64,000 bases of DNA from Octopus bimaculoides. Taxonomy: Eukaryota. The notes below the pieces were generated by a model. That model was not told the origin of the DNA and searched no databases. It saw only the letters and a program-made list of their open reading frames with translations. Shown piece by piece: positions 50,716 through 64,000 of this stretch. A program made the position numbers and the translations under genes. How positions within the stretch are numbered: the stretch's first letter is position 1; the number at the start of each line of letters is the position of its first letter. The DNA lies in NCBI RefSeq assembly GCF_001194135.2, contig NC_068987.1, forward strand, positions 45,764,996 through 45,828,995. The letters are read 5' to 3'.

Positions 50716-51100
50716 CGTGCCAGTGGAGCGCTAACAGCACCATCTGAGCGTGATCGTTACCAACGTCACCTTACTGGTACTTGTGCCAGTGGTACGTGAA
50801 AAAACACTTGAGCGAGGGTGTTGCCAGTGCAGCTGGACTGGCTCCTGTGCAGGTGGCACATAAAAAACACCATTTGAGTGTGGCCGTTGCCAGTACCACC
50901 TGACTGGCCCTCGTGTTGGTGGCACATAAAAGCACCCACTACACTCTCGGAGTGGTTGGCATTAGGAAGGGCATCCAGCTGTAGAAACTCTGCCAGATCA
51001 GACTGATGCCTGGTGCAGCCATCTGGTTTGCCAGTCCTCAGTCAAATCGTCCAACCCATGTTAGCATGGAAAGTGGACATTAAACGATGATGATGATGAT
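50716..51100 (+). mobile_element. Family C element with internal GC-rich tandem sub-repeats and (GAT)n tail
   Basis: Repeated gccagt...gtggcacataaaa.cacc units, then ggaagggcatccagctgtagaaactctgcc...catgttagcatggaaagtggacattaaacgatgatg. Confidence 0.8.
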
Positions 51101-51149
51101 ATATATTACACACACACATATATATACATATACATATCGATATGCATAC

Positions 51150-51323
<174 letters not shown>

Positions 51324-52174
51324 TAGCAACTAAATGACAGTTGCTTGCAGTTCCCATAATTGTAACTCTGTCACTAATCCAGTAGTACTATATATGGAAG
51401 TTACATTGCTCTGAAAATCTGACAAAGCATTTTGCTGATATATTTACATTATAAAACGAATAATCATTCGTTGTTAATGAAATGTACATAAGATGATGCA
51501 ACTAGATATTTTTATAAACAATCTCTTTTGTTTTGTTTACTCAATGACATTTCCATTTGTGAATTCCTACCAAATGATATGAGGACAATAAAATAAATGG
51601 AGATACACATGGAGCTCTAAATACCTGGTCATTCAATTTAGATTTTAAATCACGCACACACTTATTATACACACACATATACGCATCAGCATCATTATCA
51701 CCATCACCAGCTCATCGTTATCATTTTAACATTCAGATTTTCAAGCTTGCATGGGTTGGGTGGAATTTATTGAAGAAAATCTTCTATGGCCAGACACCCT
51801 TCCCCTCACTAATCCCTGTCTGTTTCCAACTAAGATACTATTTCCAAAATGAATGACACTGCTTGTATGATAGTGACACTCCTTTACTACTAATCTGTAA
51901 TGCATCAAAAAGAAAACCAATAAATTCATACACAATTATGCACATGCATGTGCACACACACACACGTATTGATGAGCTCCTTTCAGTTTCCATCTACTAA
52001 ACAGACTCACAAGACTTTGGTCAGCCAGGGGCTATAGCAGAAAATGCTTTCCAAAAGTCCCATGCAGAGGTACTGAACACAAAACTATGCAGTTGAGAAG
52101 CAAACGTGTTAATCACACTTGCATTCCCATGCCTATGCATGCATCTCTTTGTCTCCATGTGTATATATATATCA

Positions 52175-52412
52175 TCATCATCATCATCATCATCATCATC
52201 GTTTAACGTCCGCTTTCCATGCTAGCATGGGTTGGACGATTTGACTGAGGACTGGTGAAACCGGATGGCAACACCAGGCTCCAGTCTGATTTGGCAGAGT
52301 TTCTACAGCTGGATGCCCTTCCTAACGCCAACCACTCAGAGAGTGTAGTGGGTGCTTTTACGTGTCACCCGCACGAAAACGGCCACGCTCGAAATGGTGT
52401 CTTTTATGTGCC
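52175..52412 (-). mobile_element. Young family C copy running into a gap
   Basis: CpG-rich; its first 91 bp (52197-52287) are identical to 34294-34384. Confidence 0.85.
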
Positions 52413-54773
52413 NNNNNNNNNNNNNNNNNNNNNNNNNNNNNNNNNNNNNNNNNNNNNNNNNNNNNNNNNNNNNNNNNNNNNNNNNNNNNNNNNNNNNNNN
52501 NNNNNNNNNNNNNNNNNNNNNNNNNNNNNNNNNNNNNNNNNNNNNNNNNNNNNNNNNNNNNNNNNNNNNNNNNNNNNNNNNNNNNNNNNNNNNNNNNNNN
52601 NNNNNNNNNNNNNNNNNNNNNNNNNNNNNNNNNNNNNNNNNNNNNNNNNNNNNNNNNNNNNNNNNNNNNNNNNNNNNNNNNNNNNNNNNNNNNNNNNNNN
52701 NNNNNNNNNNNNNNNNNNNNNNNNNNNNNNNNNNNNNNNNNNNNNNNNNNNNNNNNNNNNNNNNNNNNNNNNNNNNNNNNNNNNNNNNNNNNNNNNNNNN
52801 NNNNNNNNNNNNNNNNNNNNNNNNNNNNNNNNNNNNNNNNNNNNNNNNNNNNNNNNNNNNNNNNNNNNNNNNNNNNNNNNNNNNNNNNNNNNNNNNNNNN
52901 NNNNNNNNNNNNNNNNNNNNNNNNNNNNNNNNNNNNNNNNNNNNNNNNNNNNNNNNNNNNNNNNNNNNNNNNNNNNNNNNNNNNNNNNNNNNNNNNNNNN
53001 NNNNNNNNNNNNNNNNNNNNNNNNNNNNNNNNNNNNNNNTATATATGTATACACATATACATGTATATACAAAATATAAAAAAATATAATGAGACCACCA
53101 AAACCAGATTGTAACTTTACCTTGTTTTGTTTCATTCATTCTTTAAAGATATGCAAATTTAAATGGTCTGGTCAAGAAGGAACCAGAATTTATTCATCAG
53201 TTTATCAAATAATATCAAGTATTAAAGTGTTTCAAGAAATTGTTTTTCAAATTTGAATTTCAATACAAATACTGACAACATGAATTAAATAGAGAACACC
53301 ACAAATCACAATTTTAAAATAACAGATCCAATTTATGAGCCGATTTATTTGGTCATACATTGTCCCTTCATCTGACAGTATATGAGTACCTTGCAAATAG
53401 AGAATCAGATGGAATTTGTTGAGGCAGATTTTCTACAGCTGGATTGCCTTTACTGTTTATATAAATATATATATAAACTCAGAGTGAGAGAGTGAGTGAA
53501 TGAGTGAAATTCCTGTGGTAAACTGTAACATTAAGGTTACTAATAAATAACAACATGGTCACAGAAAATTTCGTATTTAGGATATGTTTCTGACACATCT
53601 GCATGTTAATACAGTGTTAAAATGATCGGACATTTGACAGATGTGTTGTCCATGTCAGAGTTGATAATTCTATTTTGTTTGTACGCTAAAGTATTTGGAA
53701 ATAATGTACATGAATGATCAACCACAAATATATTGGGAGAAAAAAAAGAAGAAGAAAAATGAAAGGAATCTGCAGAAGAGGAAGACAAAGGAAGACATGG
53801 GAGAAAATGGTGAAAGTTGATCTCTGAAGATGTCAAACCAGACGAAAGAATTGGCAAAAGGCTTTTCCATAATTGAGAAAATACTGTGTTGGGAAAACAT
53901 ATTTAATGCATACAACATGGGGATGTTAAATATATTTGTACACATATACATATATGTACATGCATATATATCTTAACTGGTGCTGTTATGGAACACTGAC
54001 ATGCAGAACTCTGAGTTTCTGAATGTAAAGTTCAATACCTATTTCATTTAATAGATTTAGCCTGCTGTTTTCAACAATAATAAGGTCTAATTCTTTTGTA
54101 ATTACGTGTGTGGTTTGATGATACATACATACATAAAGTCTGTTATCTTCGATCCTCCTATTATATCATTCTTGTATTAATCTTATGTAAAGAGTTCTTC
54201 ATGTGTATTTGGAGCCCTGGATATACCCCACTATAGGATACCATGTGGTAGCCAAATGATGACATATGAGCTCTTGTATGCATGTTATGAGGTTTTCCCT
54301 AAACACACACACACACACATGCGCGCGTGCACACACACATTTCACTTAGGCACTGCGAGACTAATAACCTAGTGTAGAACTCAATATATGTATTCTTCAG
54401 AATGAAGTGTTAGATGAGTATAGAGCAGTAATATGAAAATGAGATGACAAAGGGAAAAATGGATATATTATGAACTTCATTAACTATATATATGTTACTT
54501 ATTCATTTGTTAGTTATATATATGTTATTCACCTATCTCAGAACATGCCTTTCGTATGTTCTGAAGTTTATTATGGACTGTGCATTTAAGAGCAGATTGT
54601 ATACTCAGCTGAATCTAATTTTCTGCAAGCACTACAGGAATTACAGTCTGCCAGTACTTATATAGCAAGGGTGATATTTGCAAATTATTATTGTGTGTGT
54701 ATATTATTCCGACATAACTAGGTGCACTTTCTTTTCAAGATTGGTCGGCTTCTCGGCATCCTTCTGGCCTGGA

Positions 54774-54819
<46 letters not shown>

Positions 54820-55389
54820 NNNNNNNNNNNNNNNNNNNNNNNNNNNNNNNNNNNNNNNNNNNNNNNNNNNNNNNNNNNNNNNNNNNNNNNNNNNNNNNNN
54901 NNNNNNNNNNNNNNNNNNNNNNNNNNNNNNNNNNNNNNNNNNNNNNNNNNNNNNNNNNNNNNNNNNNNNNNNNNNNNNNNNNNNNNNNNNNNNNNNNNNN
55001 NNNNNNNNNNNNNNNNNNNNNNNNNNNNNNNNNNNNNNNNNNNNNNNNNNNNNNNNNNNNNNNNNNNNNNNNNNNNNNNNNNNNNNNNNNNNNNNNNNNN
55101 NNNNNNNNNNNNNNNNNNNNNNNNNNNNNNNNNNNNNNNNNNNNNNNNNNNNNNNNNNNNNNNNNNNNNNNNNNNNNNNNNNNNNNNNNNNNNNNNNNNN
55201 NNNNNNNNNNNNNNNNNNNNNNNNNNNNNNNNNNNNNNNNNNNNNNNNNNNNNNNNNNNNNNNNNNNNNNNNNNNNNNNNNNNNNNNNNNNNNNNNNNNN
55301 NNNNNNNNNNNNNNNNNNNNNNNNNNNNNNNNNNNNNNNNNNNNNNNNNNNNNNNNNNNNNNNNNNNNNNNNNATGACATAGTCCCAAC

Positions 55390-55497
55390 GATGTGGTCCA
55401 CTGCATGGTACCTTGGGTAAGGGTCTTCTACTACAGCCTCAGGTTGACAAAAACCTTCTGAGCAGATTTGGTAGATAGAAACTGAAAGAAGTCCATC

Positions 55498-55528
<31 letters not shown>

Positions 55529-55790
55529 AGTGTGTGTGTGCATGTATGTGTGTGCACGTGTGTGTTGCATGTGTGTATGTGCTTGAGTTTGCATTTGTCT
55601 CCCACCACTGCTTTGCAACTGGTGTTGTAACTTAGTGGTTCAGCAAAAGCGACCGATAGAATAAGTAACAGACTTAAAAAGAAAATGACTACTGGGGTCA
55701 ATTAGTGTGATTAAAAACAATTCCTCAAAGCACCCCAGCATGGCCACAGACTAATTACTGAAACAAGTAAAAGGTAGAAGATAAAAAATA
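55390..55790 (+). mobile_element. SINE family A copy
   Basis: Family A body and tail (cagcatggccacagactaattactgaaacaagtaaaag). Confidence 0.8.
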
Positions 55791-56696
55791 TGAAATATAA
55801 TGATATGATGAATAATAGTTTATATATACAGAGAAGAAAAGATGAAGATGGGCGAGGAAAGAAGCAGGTGTATTAATTTGATGCTCAGGAAGAATGGAAA
55901 AGTTTTGACATTTCGAGCCTATGCTCTTCAACGTGGCTGTGTAGTTAAGAAGGTCACTTCTCAACTCCATAGTTTGGGGGTTCAGTCCCACTGTGTTTTC
56001 TATTATAGCACTGGGTTAGCCAAAGTTTGTGAATGGATTTGGTTGACAGAAACTGAACGAAGCCAGCAATTAAGCCAAAAACAGTATTTTTACTCTTTTT
56101 TCCACCTTCTCCATGAGGTGGCCATCTGGAAGGGCTTACATCCCACCAATCAAAATGATAAAAATAGTAATACGGCAGAACTGCAATTAGTTTCTGCCTT
56201 GATGAAGAAATTAATGTTCATTTGCTGCTAAGCAATATTCAAATGACTGCAAAAGCTGTGCCAACTACATTAGCATGACTTTTGCAACATACAAGCAGAG
56301 AGGTCTTTTGCACGGACATTAGTTATGTTAGAAACAGCACCAACATCTTTCTTTCTTTGAAAAATAAAATGAAGGCCCACTGTACAATTGTTGATATATG
56401 ATAGAGGAAAGGATGGGATGGTTAGGGTTGGATGGAATACCTTTCATCATAAATTTGATCAGGTTTGATGCTGAGCTAAACTACAACAACAACAACAACA
56501 ACAGCAACAACAACAGCAGTAGCAGCAACCATTAATACTGCCTCAACAATAATATAGAAACAAATACAAACAGATCATAAAAGCATTAAAGATATCTGTG
56601 CGTTCCTTGGATTTTCTTTTAGATAAGTCATGATGTTTTAGGACTTTCTATAAAACACACACATGCATGTATATGCACATATAAGTATATGTATGC

Positions 56697-56779
<83 letters not shown>

Positions 56780-56854
56780 TGCATGTATACATGTGTGTTT
56801 ATATAGACACACACACATATATAGTTATATATATTATATATGCATATATTTATG

Positions 56855-56895
<41 letters not shown>

Positions 56896-58395
56896 TAAAA
56901 ACTCATGCATATACACATTACATATATAAGTAAACACACAGTCACACATCGATTTAGACATATGTGTGCATATTATCAACTTAGCATATTTGCAAATGAG
57001 ATTTTCTAAAATAGCTCTGAGATTTTTTGAATAAAAATCCAATTATAATTTCAGCTTGATTACTTGAATTTCTCTAATTAATGTGATAAACTGATTAACT
57101 TTTCATTATAGATCCAGCACAGTGATTATCATTTTCTTGCTCTCGCCTTATCTTAATAAAAGTCATATTTCTAGAGTAGACCCTCCATATTTAGAATTCA
57201 GTTCAATAGGCTGAAATACTACTGAAATAACCTAATGCATTTCTGTATGCCAAGAATTAATAGCAAACAGAACTAAAGTTTGAAACTGTTGCTCCAAGGC
57301 AAATCACTAAATAGACGCATGTTCCAAAATTTATATAGTATAACAAATTGTCATGTGCATGGAGAATAGCAAGAATCAAAAGTCCCTTATTTGAATTAGT
57401 GTATTGTGAACACATAGTCTGAAAGGAGAAGTTATTCTCTCAAGGCAAAATTCAACAGTAATTAGTACATTCATGTTCATATCTGTAGGAACATTTTAAG
57501 AAGATTATGTACATCATATTTTTTGATTCCTGCTGTTACCATGCATACATCACTGAATAATTTGTTTGCTGAATTCTATAAACAAGAGCTACAATTCTTA
57601 TTTAGAGTCATTAATCCAAGAGTAGCTTTGACTGAAGGGACACAACAAGGTTGAAAAACTATGGAGTCTCAAAGACACCTTACATCAGTTAATCGAATGT
57701 AGTGAACACACATCATCTGAAAGAAGTTGTTTTGCTAAGGCAAAATACAACAGTTAGTTTATTCACATTCAAATCTGCAGAATGTATTAAGAATGAATTT
57801 GTACATCATTGTTATGAGATACACTATTAAACTCCCAATTCAGTGAAATTTCTTAGCTAGGTTGATACCATCTGCTAATAAATACTGAGAAACTGGAGTA
57901 ACATTATTCATCCCACCATTTTTAATTAACATCAGAATCTTCAAATATACATAACAAGCTTAGCATTCATCTAGATACAATAAGCTGGGGCTACCCCAAT
58001 GCACAATATAATCCCAAACATTACATGATATGATTTTAGATCAAAGAGATCAGGATTTATGGGTCGGCTCAGACGTCTAATCACTTATTTTCAAACAATA
58101 GATGAAATTGCACAGGGAATAAAATAATGGACTGCCTAATTATTGGTCATGAGTAACCCTTTAGATATCAATCCACCTGAGACCATCTTTGGTCCTTTGA
58201 TGCAAAATTCCTGTTTTGAAGTGATTTAAAATAAAACTTTCCATTAAAATTTCATGTGAATTTATATTCTATGCATCAACATAAGAATGACAAAATTATT
58301 TTACTAAACTGTTCATTATTTTCAAAATTAATTGAAACAAAAACAATGTATCTCAACAGAAATATACTAAAAAAGGGGTTTTTAATCCATTACAA

Positions 58396-58557
58396 GGCAC
58401 AGGTGGGGCTGTGTGGTTAAGAAGCTTCTTTCCCAATCATATGGTTTTGAGCTCAACCCCACTGTGCAACTCCTTGCACAACTCTCCTCTACTATAGCCA
58501 TGGACCAACCAAAACCTTGTGAGTGAATCTGGTAGATGGAAACTTAAAGAAGACAGT

Positions 58558-58647
<90 letters not shown>

Positions 58648-58920
58648 TGTGTGTATTTGTATGTGTGTTTGTGTGTTCCCTTGATTGACATTATGTGATA
58701 CTTGTCATCACTGCATTACAAGCAATGTTGTTTGTTTCAAGTTTTCAATGGAAAACATCTCTGGCTATGAGAAAATATTACCTTTACTGGCAAACAGGTG
58801 AGGGTTGATGGTAGGAAGGGCAGCCAGCTATAGAAAATCTGCCTCAACAAATTCCGCTTAATCCATGCTAGCATGGAAAAGTGGTTGTTAAAATGATGAT
58901 GATGATGATGATAATGATGA

Positions 58921-58925
<5 letters not shown>
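58396..58925 (+). mobile_element. Composite SINE (A head + long (TG)n + C tail)
   Basis: caggcacaggtggggctgtgtggttaagaagc head, (TG)n at 58561-58645, tail ggaagggcagccagctatagaaaatctgcc...catgctagcatggaaaagtggttgttaaaatgatgatg. Confidence 0.8.
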
Positions 58926-58954
<29 letters not shown>

Positions 58955-61050
58955 GGTGGTGATGACTAACATTTCATTCACCTAGGTGGAGATGTTACTT
59001 ACAATAGACAGAGGTCTTATTCAGGTATGGTTTATCCTAAGTTTGCATCATGCAAAGAAGCAAGAACTAAGTACTGATCCATAAGAGCCAACTGAGACTT
59101 AATTGACATAGGTGTGTAAGAGCAGAGATGACAAGAGATAGTTGACAGTAAGAGCAACAACAAGCTTTCCCTGACGAGATACTTAGAGAACTACATATAA
59201 TTGCTAAACCTGCTAATACAATAAGCCAGCTCTTTTACTGCATAAATCCTGATTGATATAAGTGTTGGAAACATGACTTTAAAGTTCTAATCCCTAGGAA
59301 AACACAAGGTACGCGGAGAAATACTTTGATTTCTATACAAGTATAAAGTCCCATATTTATAGAAGAGGAGAATTGAAGTTGTGAATTTCATGCTTTTCCC
59401 AAGAGCATTCTTTAAACAAAAGTTTACGGTTTGGGATCATATGATCCAAACCCTAATCCCTAAGACAACACAAACTTATAAGAGACGTCCTATCTAAATC
59501 AGCTGTTTTGTTAGTACAACAGTGAAAACTTTGCTTAAACAAATCTCATCTGTTCTAAATTCATTTCTAGGGAATTAGAGGTTAGATGTCAAAACCCCTA
59601 ATTCCTGGTACAATATGGTTTACTGAAAGAACTTCAACATGAGTCATATGATCTCTAAAATAATTGACCTCCAGATAAAACACTACTGTTTTCAATACTT
59701 GAACCTTATCATACATATGTTAATAGAAGGAAAACCCAGATAAGGATTCACCCTTTTGTTACCATATTTCTATTGGTTCAATTAATTATAAAAATAATCA
59801 AGAATTTAGTAAAATAATTCTGTCGTTATTAAGCTGATGTTTGGAACATAAATTAACATGAAATTTTGATGGAAAGTTTTAAGTTCACTTTAATCATTTT
59901 CTTACCATATTTCTGTTGAAATACACTGTCCCTGTTTCAATTAATTTTGAAAATAATGTAGAATTTAGTAAAATAACTATCATTATTAAGCTTATGTGAT
60001 TCCATCAACATCAGTTTTGCCTTTCATCTTTTTGGGGCCAAGAAACAAAGTATCAGTCAAGCACTCGAAGTAATATATTCAACTTGCCCGCTACTCCTAA
60101 ATTTTCTGACCTTGTATCGATAATGAGAAACAATTATTAAACTGGTGTTTGGAACATGTATGAAATTTTGAAAGTCTGATAAGTTTGTATTAAAAGTGTT
60201 AAAGGGAGATTAATGAACTAATAGTGTATAGTTTACAGCAAATAAAACTTATTTTCAATATTCAATTCCAAATCTTAGCTATTTTATTACCCATACATTG
60301 CTGATTCCCTTTAAAAAAGACTGAATGCTACATAATCTTATTTGTATGAGTGCCTGTGTATGTACATATGCCTCTTAATACATGCTTGTCATATATACCT
60401 TTGTGCGATCATTGTACATAGCAATTTTATGTATGCATAAATCTATGTCCTTTGTAAAAATGACTACCCATGCATGTGTGTGTGTGTGTGTGTGTGTGTG
60501 TATTTGTGTGTGCATATGCATGTGAGCATGCATGTGTGTGTATGTATGTGTGAATGTGTATATTTCTGTATGTTGATGTACTGAAGCCACAGTAGTTAAC
60601 CATCTTTGTGCATTCTGCTGTATAATACCTTCACAAGATGACAAACAGCATGTAATGCCAGGCTTATTAAAGAGCCAACTCTGTATATTTTTAGACACAG
60701 AAACAGATGATATTTTTTACATCCATTTTATGAGTATATTTGTGAACACNNNNNNNNNNTGGTAAGGTAGCTGTTAATGGTAAACCCACCCCATCAAGAA
60801 TGGTAGCAATACCATAGCCACTACAACCACTGTCACTTGCAATAACAACAGCAACAATCAACAACAGATACAATAATGGCTTCATCAATATTATGTCTGC
60901 CCAGAGCTATAATGGTTATACACTTCTACTGAGGGGAGGGTGGCGCAAAACATTATGCGTATAACAAGCAGCTAGACATCCACAGTCACATAAAGAAATA
61001 CACCAATTAACAAATAGCTACGTATTGTGTACCTACATAGCATACGTAGC

Positions 61051-61093
<43 letters not shown>

Positions 61094-62359
61094 GTAGCTA
61101 TGTATATATATATATATATATATATACATGTAGCTATGTGCTTAACTACATAAATGTAAATACATATTGACAATTACAGAATTCTTGAGTAATTAAAATT
61201 ATATCTGCATGCAGTGGTTGTATCATAATTATCAAATGGCATTTAAGACCAGTTCCACTTGAGAAGGGGATTGAAGAATGTTGTACTGCTGGTTACTAGC
61301 CACAATTGCACATACATGCCAACAAATACAGGCCTTTAGGCCTAAGTCAGCAGAAAACCATGGGAAGATAAACGGTGTAGATGGTTAGTGAACTGATGTC
61401 AATTTCTCTGTGTGTGTGTGTGTGTGTGGACAAAAGGCATACCAGCCCCCCATCATGTCCACATGGAAAGATATGTGGTAGTGTTAAGTTTTCTTTTTGT
61501 AATGTTATTATCACCACCTCCATCATACATATTATTAACATTATCATCATGCATGTCACCCTGATTAGATCAAAGTTACCTTCAGCCTCAATATCATCTA
61601 ACTTCAGTGTTCATTATCCTTCTTGATTGTTATAGTTATTATAGTTGTGTTCCTTCCACTCCTGTGTGAAAGAAATAACAGGAGTAACTCCAAATACTCA
61701 ACAGAATTTATCTGAGTTCAGCCAGTACTTTGAACAGTACCAGTTTCCTTAAGTTAGTAAGTTGTACACTAGCTGAGGTTTGAATATGTTATCATGGCTG
61801 CAAAATATTATGAAAGATGATATTTCATAATTGAATTTTTATGTATTTTAACCATCTTGATGTTAACTTGTCTGAGACTGTCTATGGTTTCATGATACAA
61901 ACATCTTATTTCAAAGTGATTCAAACCAAATCCTTCTGTCAAAATTTCATGTTAATTTATGTGCCAAACACCTGCTAATTTATGCCAAAGTTATTTTACC
62001 AAATTCTTCATTATTGAAGCAAAGACAGTGAATTTTGACAGAAGTATGGTAAGAAAGGGATTAAAGTGGTCAAAATTAAAACTTATCATCAAAATTTCCC
62101 ATGGACTATGTTTCAAACACTTGCTCAACTATGCTGAAGCTATTTTACTAAATTCTTAGCTATTTTACTAAATTCTTAGTTATTTTCAAAATTAATTGAA
62201 GCAAAATCAGTGTGTTTTGACAGAAATATGGTAACAAAAGGGTTTTAATGATGGGAAAAATGTATCTTCTGAATAAGACTTAAATCTCGATGCCCTTAGT
62301 TCTGTGTTTTTAACCATTCCATAACGATGTACTTCATTTCATAACAGTTTTATAAGATA

Positions 62360-62498
62360 TATTCTGTCGAGGTCATCTTTGCCTTTCATCCTTTCGGGGT
62401 CGAGAAATTAAGTACCAGTTGCGTATTGGAGTCAATCTAATCAACTGCCCCCCCCCCCCACTTCCTAAAAATTTCAGGCCTTGTGCCTAGAGTAGAAA
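62360..62498 (+). mobile_element. 5'-truncated young SINE family B copy with a 17-bp target-site duplication
   Basis: aacagttttataagata at 62343-62359 and 62499-62515 flanks gaggtcatctttgcctttcatcctttcggggtcg...ggccttgtgcctagagtagaaa. Confidence 0.85.
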
Positions 62499-64000
62499 AA
62501 CAGTTTTATAAGATAGAACTCTATGAAAGGAAGTTTTAAAATAAGGAGCTTAATTTTCAGATGTACTTGAACTAGTGCTCTCTTACTTGAAATACTTTAA
62601 AAAAAAATCTGCCAACAATTTGTACTTTTAGCAATCAAGGTCAGAGTGTAATCTCTGAAGAGAATCATGTCAAATGTCTTTTTTCCCAAACATCAAATGT
62701 TATATTCTAAAGTTAATTAGGCTTCAGAAAGTGTCTCATTCTTTGTTTACCTCAAACATCAATAACAAAACTGACAATGGCCAACAGTAGCAGTAACAAC
62801 AATAACAATAGCACTAACAAGATTGACTATAAGAACAACAACATTGGAAACAACAACATTGGAAACAACAACATTGGAAACAACAACAAGAACAACAAAG
62901 TAGTTACACCAACAAGCCAATCTTTGCATGGATGCCTGATCTGAAAGAAATAGCAGCCAGGTTTTCCACAGTTCATGCCTTACTGTCTTATAAAAATAAA
63001 AATAAGGATCTTTTCAGTTTGACTGCGCCTGTGGAAATTTTAAAGTTTTGTGAAGATTTTAAAATTTAGTGTATTGATGTAATTTTCAATACTGATTTTC
63101 AGAAGATAATTCACTTTTCCAGAAAGTTTTTAAAAAGAAGCTACAAAGGTTTAAAGTTTGATCATTTTTACCCAGTCAGAAGACAGGATTTGGAAGCTGT
63201 TATTTTGTGCGTGACAACGTGTTGTCAACTGTGAAGAAATGAAATATTGGTGGAATTCTGTTTTATACACGCCATATAACCCATCATAACATATTTTACT
63301 TTTTGGAATTTTCAGAAAATTTTTGTGAATTTGTATTCTACACACAAGAATTCAAACGATTATACAAAAAGAAAAAAAGAATTTCGTGCGTGTATTAAAG
63401 CCTATTTAGCAGTTATTTTTAGACATCTCATACCGCATATGTTTAAGCATTTGAGTGACAAAATGAACACGTGGTAAGCAGCTCGACAACAGCTTGGCTT
63501 GTTACTATGGACACAGACACCTATATGTCTGTGGCTTTCGATTGGTTAAAATTACGCAAAATTTGCTAACTTTAAAAGCTATTAACTTTTTATTTATTGA
63601 TTTATGGCGAAAATGAATTCCATGTCAATGATTACTTTATAAAACTTACACCAGTACGCCAGTTAAGAAATCAATTGGAACAAAAGTCGAAGAAATTGAA
63701 AAGGTCCAAAAATATGATCTCATCTGGTCAGTATATGCAAATAGCTAGGCTTAAAGATTAACTAAATAGCATAACTTTAAACGCCTGTAATTTCATGATC
63801 ATTATTCTAGAAAAAAATTGAACGTGATTTTCGTCATCAGCATACGAAACTGCATCAGACAGAACTACATATTTTGAAAATAATCTAGTGAAAAATTTGA
63901 AAAAGTTGCTGGAAGACAATATGAGGAAAAAAAAGTAGTGGTTCACAGAACGCTTTTGAATCAGAGGTCACCTCGACCTGAATATGTATGTATGTATATA

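Noticed and set aside
63828-63848. CTGATGA-CGAAA on the minus strand (hammerhead-like)
   Set aside because: There is no stem II between the core motifs and no pairing for stems I and III.
63400-63975. CpG-retaining segment that could be a promoter (contains gattgg, a CCAAT box on the reverse strand)
   Set aside because: It remains AT-rich with no associated gene; it is more likely an unclassified young DNA-transposon fragment, which I could not delimit.

Overview
This is an AT-rich, microsatellite-dense eukaryotic window with six N-gaps. The repeat families point to a coleoid cephalopod, most likely Octopus (inference, no database search run). I found no confident host protein-coding gene, rRNA, intact tRNA or CRISPR array; almost all ORF-track entries are microsatellite or gap artefacts. 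The window is mainly transposable-element debris: (i) several tRNA-headed SINE families in many copies; (ii) truncated LINE remnants (CR1-group x3, RTE x2, L1/Tx1 x1-2, R4/Dong x1) and a Penelope-like element (PLE); (iii) Tc1/mariner, piggyBac-like and hAT-like non-autonomous elements; (iv) several long-inverted-repeat hairpin elements. The most interesting observations are an 86-bp inverted-repeat element whose loop is one tRNA-Thr-like cloverleaf, minimal hammerhead-ribozyme motifs with non-canonical cores in short interspersed elements, a spacer-less fold-back mariner built from two 5' ends, a Dong/R4 LINE inside the (ATT)n tail of a CR1, a templated 193-bp insertion inside a SINE, and a mucin-like Ser/Thr minisatellite that may be an exon. 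All coordinates were read by eye; repeat boundaries are approximate.
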